The notes beneath the pieces are model-generated. The model did no database searches. It saw nothing but the letters and a program-made list of their open reading frames with translations, and was not told the DNA's origin. From Nemertoderma westbladi (taxonomy: Eukaryota > Animalia > Xenacoelomorpha), in NCBI GenBank assembly GCA_032718475.1, contig JAUCBJ010007042.1:1-64000 (forward strand): DNA of 64,000 nucleotides. Direction: 5' to 3'. The translations under genes were made by a program, and so were the position numbers. Shown here in pieces: positions 61,601 to 64,000 of the stretch; the stretch's first letter is position 1, and each line of letters begins with the position of its first letter.

Positions 61601-63955
61601 CTGACGTCTCATGTCTTCCTCTTCATCGCTTGACTCAGTGTCAGTCCTTAGCGCTCGCGATGGTTTGCGCGCCGAGGCCCTGACCCAAGCATCCTGAATA
61701 AATCTTTCTGCCGAATTTTCGAAATTGGGATTATGGATATTCGGGACAGGCGTCCTTACCTGAGGTCTATGTGGTATAGTTTCCTCCGATATGCGTACTC
61801 GTTGACTAGGCTGGACTTTATCTAACTCAGGCCTGCTGGGATTAGAATTACTTCTTACCTGGGCTGCTTCCTTTAACCGTAGGTTGCTAAGCATGTCCGT
61901 TATAGGTTGGATGTGCGGCGATATAGCTTGCGCTAAACTAGCACTTAACTCATCCCTCGTAATAAATTCCTGGCTAGGGTTCTGTTGTATAGTCGGCTCT
62001 ATCTGAGTAATTCGTTGTCTCTCATATGATCCCTCTTCCGGTTTAACCCGGAAGTTCTCCGTCGAACTGGGTCGGCGCTCCGTCCGCGTATTCCAAACCC
62101 GCGGGTTCGGTTCGCCAAGTACTCGTCCCGTCGGAGTTTCTCTAAACTCTTCATTCTCTCGTTCGGTGTATAGTGGTGCGGTGTTCCGATGACGTAGATC
62201 CTGCGCGATAGGTGAAGCACTAATACCAACTGGCGTGCGATATGTAGAGAACGGTTTAGCGATCCGTGTACTCGTAATAGCTGGACCGGGTATAGGAATT
62301 CTGGTCGTCGTCGACTCGCGTATAGCCGGAGTTCTCGCTTCCTGTTCGGCCTTCTGCAGTGCGAACAGTTCTCGTAACTCTGTCCCTACACTCGCCCCAC
62401 ATTCTTCGATCATTCGCATCCCCTTCTCGGCGATTTCGTTCGCCTTCCTAGTCCGTTCTTCGCTCTCTAAACTTAATCTCGCACTTTCCAACTGCGCCAG
62501 TTTACGTTCTTCTTCTTCCCTCGCTCGTCTCGCTACGCTCTCTTCTTCCAGTCGCGCCTTTTCTTCATATAACATCTGTCGCTCCTTCTCGATCTCGAGT
62601 TCGCGTTCCTTGCGTTCGCGTTCAAGTTCGCGTTCTTTCTGTTCGCGTTCGAGTTGGAGTTCGCGTTTCTTCGCTTCCTGATCGCGTTCGAGTTGGAGTT
62701 CGCGTTTCTTCGCTTCCCGTTCGCGTTCAAGTTGGAGTTCGCGTTCTTTCTGTTCGCGTTTCAGTTGGAGTTCGCGTTCTTTTCGTTCGCGTTCCGCTTG
62801 CTCACGCTTACCTTTGTCTTCCAACTCCCGCAACTTTGCGTCTAACTTACGTGCGCGCTCCCGTTCCCGCTCAGCTTCCTTCCGTGCTTCCGATGCACGC
62901 AAAACTTCCGCCTGCTGTTCGTCTAGTCGGCGTCTTCTCTCCTCCGCCGAGTTGTGAGAAACAAGGGATCTAGCACATATAACTTTCCCTCGCGCGCGAC
63001 TAACCTGGGAATCGCCACTGTCTCTGGATGCGTCGTCGGGTGGAGTTAACGTCCTCTGTTGAATGTTCTCCGTCGTCGGTAGCACCTGGCCTGGTACCAC
63101 CACTCCATTCTGCATCAGCCAGCTAGTAACTTCCCTCTGATAACGGCGCTCTTCCTTATCTTGGATCTCTTCCCGCTCCACTAAGTCTCTTAAATCTGCG
63201 TCACTCACCTGAGTCGCCTGCGTTTGTGATGCCCATAGCAGCCAGTTCTCCGTCCTAACTCGTCGGAATCGCTCCGATAACTCGCGGTGCTCCAACAAGG
63301 CTGCTAAAACCCTGTCGTAAATCCTCGTCGCCACGTCGCTCGACTGAGACTCTACTGCCTTCTTCGCTAGGACTGCAAGCTCCTCCGTCTGCTTGAATAA
63401 CGCTGAGTTATATCCTCTTCTAATCTCTACTAACCCTTCCCGTCCGATGTTCGCTGAGTCGGCTAACATCTTCCTTACCTTGTCCGTCGTCCGAGTTATA
63501 TGTCCGGCGTGCGCGCGAAGTTTCTTCTTTATCGCGATATCAAGTTCTCTCTCGCTTACCTGACTCACACTCGGTGGACTTGAAGGATTATTTCGGGAAC
63601 TACGGGTACTCCTAACAGCCGTTGGGACCACGGCACTTACCATACCCACAGGTCTGGAAACCGGGCTCCGGGCTCTCGCTTCTGCTACACTACCCTCCCT
63701 ATCACTCACCTCTGTCCGGGTTGCTGTACAATCCTTCCTTACAGTAGCGGTAGGGGATCCTAATACTATTACCTGAGGTAGTTCTTCTTCCTCACTAGTC
63801 ACTGTCTCGTCCTCCTGTTCACTTACGTCAGCGTCGCTCGCTGCGTCGTCATAGTCGGCATTGTCGTCAACAGTAATATTTACGCTATCGTCAGTCGGCG
63901 GTCCAGCCGCCGTCTCATAGCTGTCCTCTAGTGCCTCTTTGTCTGAGACACTCAT
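55610..63955 (-). CDS. BEL/Pao gag-pol polyprotein (~2780 aa)
   Basis: Coiled-coil gag; three Cys/His knuckles (CQYC..H..C, CWAC..H..C, CMEC..HH..H); protease LDTAS; RT YLPHH, KVRVVND, DIEAMFHQV, YMDD; RNase H LHLFSDAS, PRAELQAA, NPADITSRG; integrase HHCC, GVDCFGP, SDKGTNF, GGSWERLV. No stops over 8.3 kb. First ATG at 63955. Confidence 0.95.
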   Translation of the reverse strand: MSVSDKEALEDSYETAAGPPTDDSVNITVDDNADYDDAASDADVSEQEDETVTSEEEELPQVIVLGSPTATVRKDCTATRTEVSDREGSVAEARARSPVSRPVGMVSAVVPTAVRSTRSSRNNPSSPPSVSQVSERELDIAIKKKLRAHAGHITRTTDKVRKMLADSANIGREGLVEIRRGYNSALFKQTEELAVLAKKAVESQSSDVATRIYDRVLAALLEHRELSERFRRVRTENWLLWASQTQATQVSDADLRDLVEREEIQDKEERRYQREVTSWLMQNGVVVPGQVLPTTENIQQRTLTPPDDASRDSGDSQVSRARGKVICARSLVSHNSAEERRRRLDEQQAEVLRASEARKEAERERERARKLDAKLRELEDKGKREQAERERKERELQLKREQKERELQLEREREAKKRELQLERDQEAKKRELQLEREQKERELERERKERELEIEKERQMLYEEKARLEEESVARRAREEEERKLAQLESARLSLESEERTRKANEIAEKGMRMIEECGASVGTELRELFALQKAEQEARTPAIRESTTTRIPIPGPAITSTRIAKPFSTYRTPVGISASPIAQDLRHRNTAPLYTERENEEFRETPTGRVLGEPNPRVWNTRTERRPSSTENFRVKPEEGSYERQRITQIEPTIQQNPSQEFITRDELSASLAQAISPHIQPITDMLSNLRLKEAAQVRSNSNPSRPELDKVQPSQRVRISEETIPHRPQVRTPVPNIHNPNFENSAERFIQDAWVRASARKPSRALRTDTESSDEEEDMRRQKSRNYKERRTDAEQVSWNHRERTRLNNPAELNHLLTRNDATLRDIGKFAARQGLPTQQPQKFMGNHKHWRTFKTYVDEQLTNSTFTPNEKFNYLLQMLHREPRAIADNFVGNERAFELAMKTLSDIYGNKTKMAQSIVEDLGKGGRITTPLELLNLANAISNALDILRTVNLPHHGDHAEVLKSVIRRLNMRYRQKWRKLENKLEGQGKVLTLQHIHDMIATDAVAEMKSNFSEENMRESKPVTGKSMVSFDDDRTTVTYNSVDRYNSSTPAFRSDSRVWSGERLDRPRLKQQELPDGFVGCQYCLLKEVRSDDHKLDSCRRFKELNSEQRRVQVRTLDTCWACLAPGHVRRQCPNSKDGCMECGRLHHKLLHADFHTPTDRYLQRNPHRKGSKEPVSIRRNTYTGIQDDGYQPGSSDEDGESSAREVTCQGFTADSSSTSARTYLSSATSEIFSVIPVKLTGDKGSKRIYVMLDTASTLSYIDEEVARAVSSFQDAEEIQIELKSMHGVGDLKGHRISVELDSLLPRDQHTRQERKALPLDGFKCLAMKGFGRQLGKVPPMSPIAQEYFDKLRIPRHQVGYRNVSMLIGAEQLIAHQIWETKPAEPHVNGPHAHRTILGWYTRVPMSYEFTGGDKPMNRYDELQPIIQPPLVEPPDIDEFRRTCIDHYSDFSESDEELIPDNVRLSEPLHNDRTDSEPEDYCYQTRGSGSAAHATYLTNVLTYTDIVEGQVAKYRDLDIFQYSEEELQKELIRQDLETGARTVEWLDRDAMEPGGYDLAMSTDEKRSLEMMEDTIRLLPTGHFEVGMLWRRQPPKLENNYSLALKRLNGVRARLLKNPDIREKYCAQINNYFAKGFAGKVEDPDLVTDQTYYLPHHYVTHPDKPDKVRVVNDCAAVYRGMSLNSELMDGPNLNNYLIGILLRFRQRRFAFTCDIEAMFHQVRACKADQDSLRFLWYENEDLSGPVVTYQMYVRIFGARDSPNGTLFVLKKTATAQIGKYPVEVIESILRNFYMDDGLVSKDTAEQAIEVAHGLQECLATGGFPLTKFTTNSEALLESFPVKDRGSGDIELGVEPIPMARVLGLAWNPNSDKFQVRVRFEPSSPDKVLTKRICLSTLSRLFDPMNFISPVILQARACMRKIWLSDLEWDEPISPIHAKQWREWEAELHLLKNIDVPRSYFPNQLVFPADLELHLFSDASDTGFGMVAYLRREVSQDKFETAFVTSRSKTMPVKYMTVPRAELQAAVVSVEVSKQIIEELDTTLTLFYWTDASLVLVYIAADNIALKTFVANRRAQIVDFPTKEQWRHCPGVLNPADITSRGAMPAEFCREESQEFWLHGPDFLTRTQEHWPERLKIVTNPMPEDAEVKVEKVSKSKSKAKLKSLERPEESLERPGDLSDQQTYVTTRSGRVSYDIKPPLQTKPESQLVSDGQKMTDTMDPLVSKPAGLDSKLPLISGQPSLALESCSIYDKLLNSSASWLTICKRTAWLSRYVSYLCLKHSKHLRERTSTNSERIRKLKQPLTEDEIDQAELRHLRHYQMCAFPKEFHLLSAQRPVLYKPLRKWSPLIHKGLICHRSRIQTVDINSQFRFPVIIPSHPIELQRAILWDIHKRLHHAGKLHCLSAARQRFILLQPSRAVGTMYDACLVCKRVNARVLEQEMAELPEARVQAYDPPFTNTGVDCFGPIEAKSGRLTHKRWGLLLTCMASRAIHIERVADMSTKSLLLALKRFMARRGLVKAFYSDKGTNFVGGNSELNAAHKAAQNKEISAALLPQRVEWRFNTPESPWRGGSWERLVRSVKQAIAKTLPVNKQLTDDELVTAFIEIEHTLNSRPIAMLPDGVALTPNHLLMQSPAFLVPASEPISADLYSRKSWKVTQFVAYTFWEYWREYYLPTISTRTKWYKTVRSLQRGDYVLITEPIIKRKYWETGVILHTHPDVQNIVRTVTVKIRCKCPHPKKCKTNGLHTLDRPVQDIVLLEETRIETGDYNLSPASKQN

Positions 63956-64000
63956 AGTCTTAATAATGTTTGCCTTCCGGCAAAAATCTCGCAAAAGTTC

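Larger units (their letters stand above)
51188..64000 (-). mobile_element. BEL/Pao LTR retrotransposon (5' end outside window)
   Basis: Single gag-pol ORF in PR-RT-RH-IN order with Pao-type motifs; a 3' LTR; abrupt junction in the middle of a satellite unit. Confidence 0.95.

Noticed and set aside
55736-62845. Short ORFs on + and in alternate frames within gag-pol
   Set aside because: Shadow ORFs of a long coding region with no independent evidence.

Overview
Repeat-rich eukaryotic (metazoan, probably invertebrate) genomic DNA; nothing in it looks prokaryotic. Two spliced genes converge tail to tail. The 3' part of a CCP110 (centriolar CP110)-like gene lies on + (six exons, 4546-12189). The last two exons of a GRAMD1/Aster sterol-transport gene lie on - (35029-35221, 29703-30662). 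Roughly 55-60% of the window is locally born tandem repeat with 22-81 bp units. The most striking pattern is that three arrays are amplified copies of real exon-intron junctions of these genes. About 81 copies of a 3' splice site plus exon start lie at 1-4545. About 60 copies of an exon end plus 5' splice site lie at 5141-8676. Dozens of copies of a 3' splice site plus exon start lie at 30614-35003. In each case the functional site is the terminal copy next to unique exon sequence. Other content: a 15 kb 47-bp satellite, an intact BEL/Pao LTR retrotransposon (2.1 kb 3' LTR, ~2780 aa polyprotein) with a two-cassette extra-ORF region, a 3.3 kb foldback element with an 8-bp TSD, a hAT MITE, a tRNA-derived SINE and a decayed acidic-protein pseudogene. 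All homology calls are from recalled protein motifs, not database searches.
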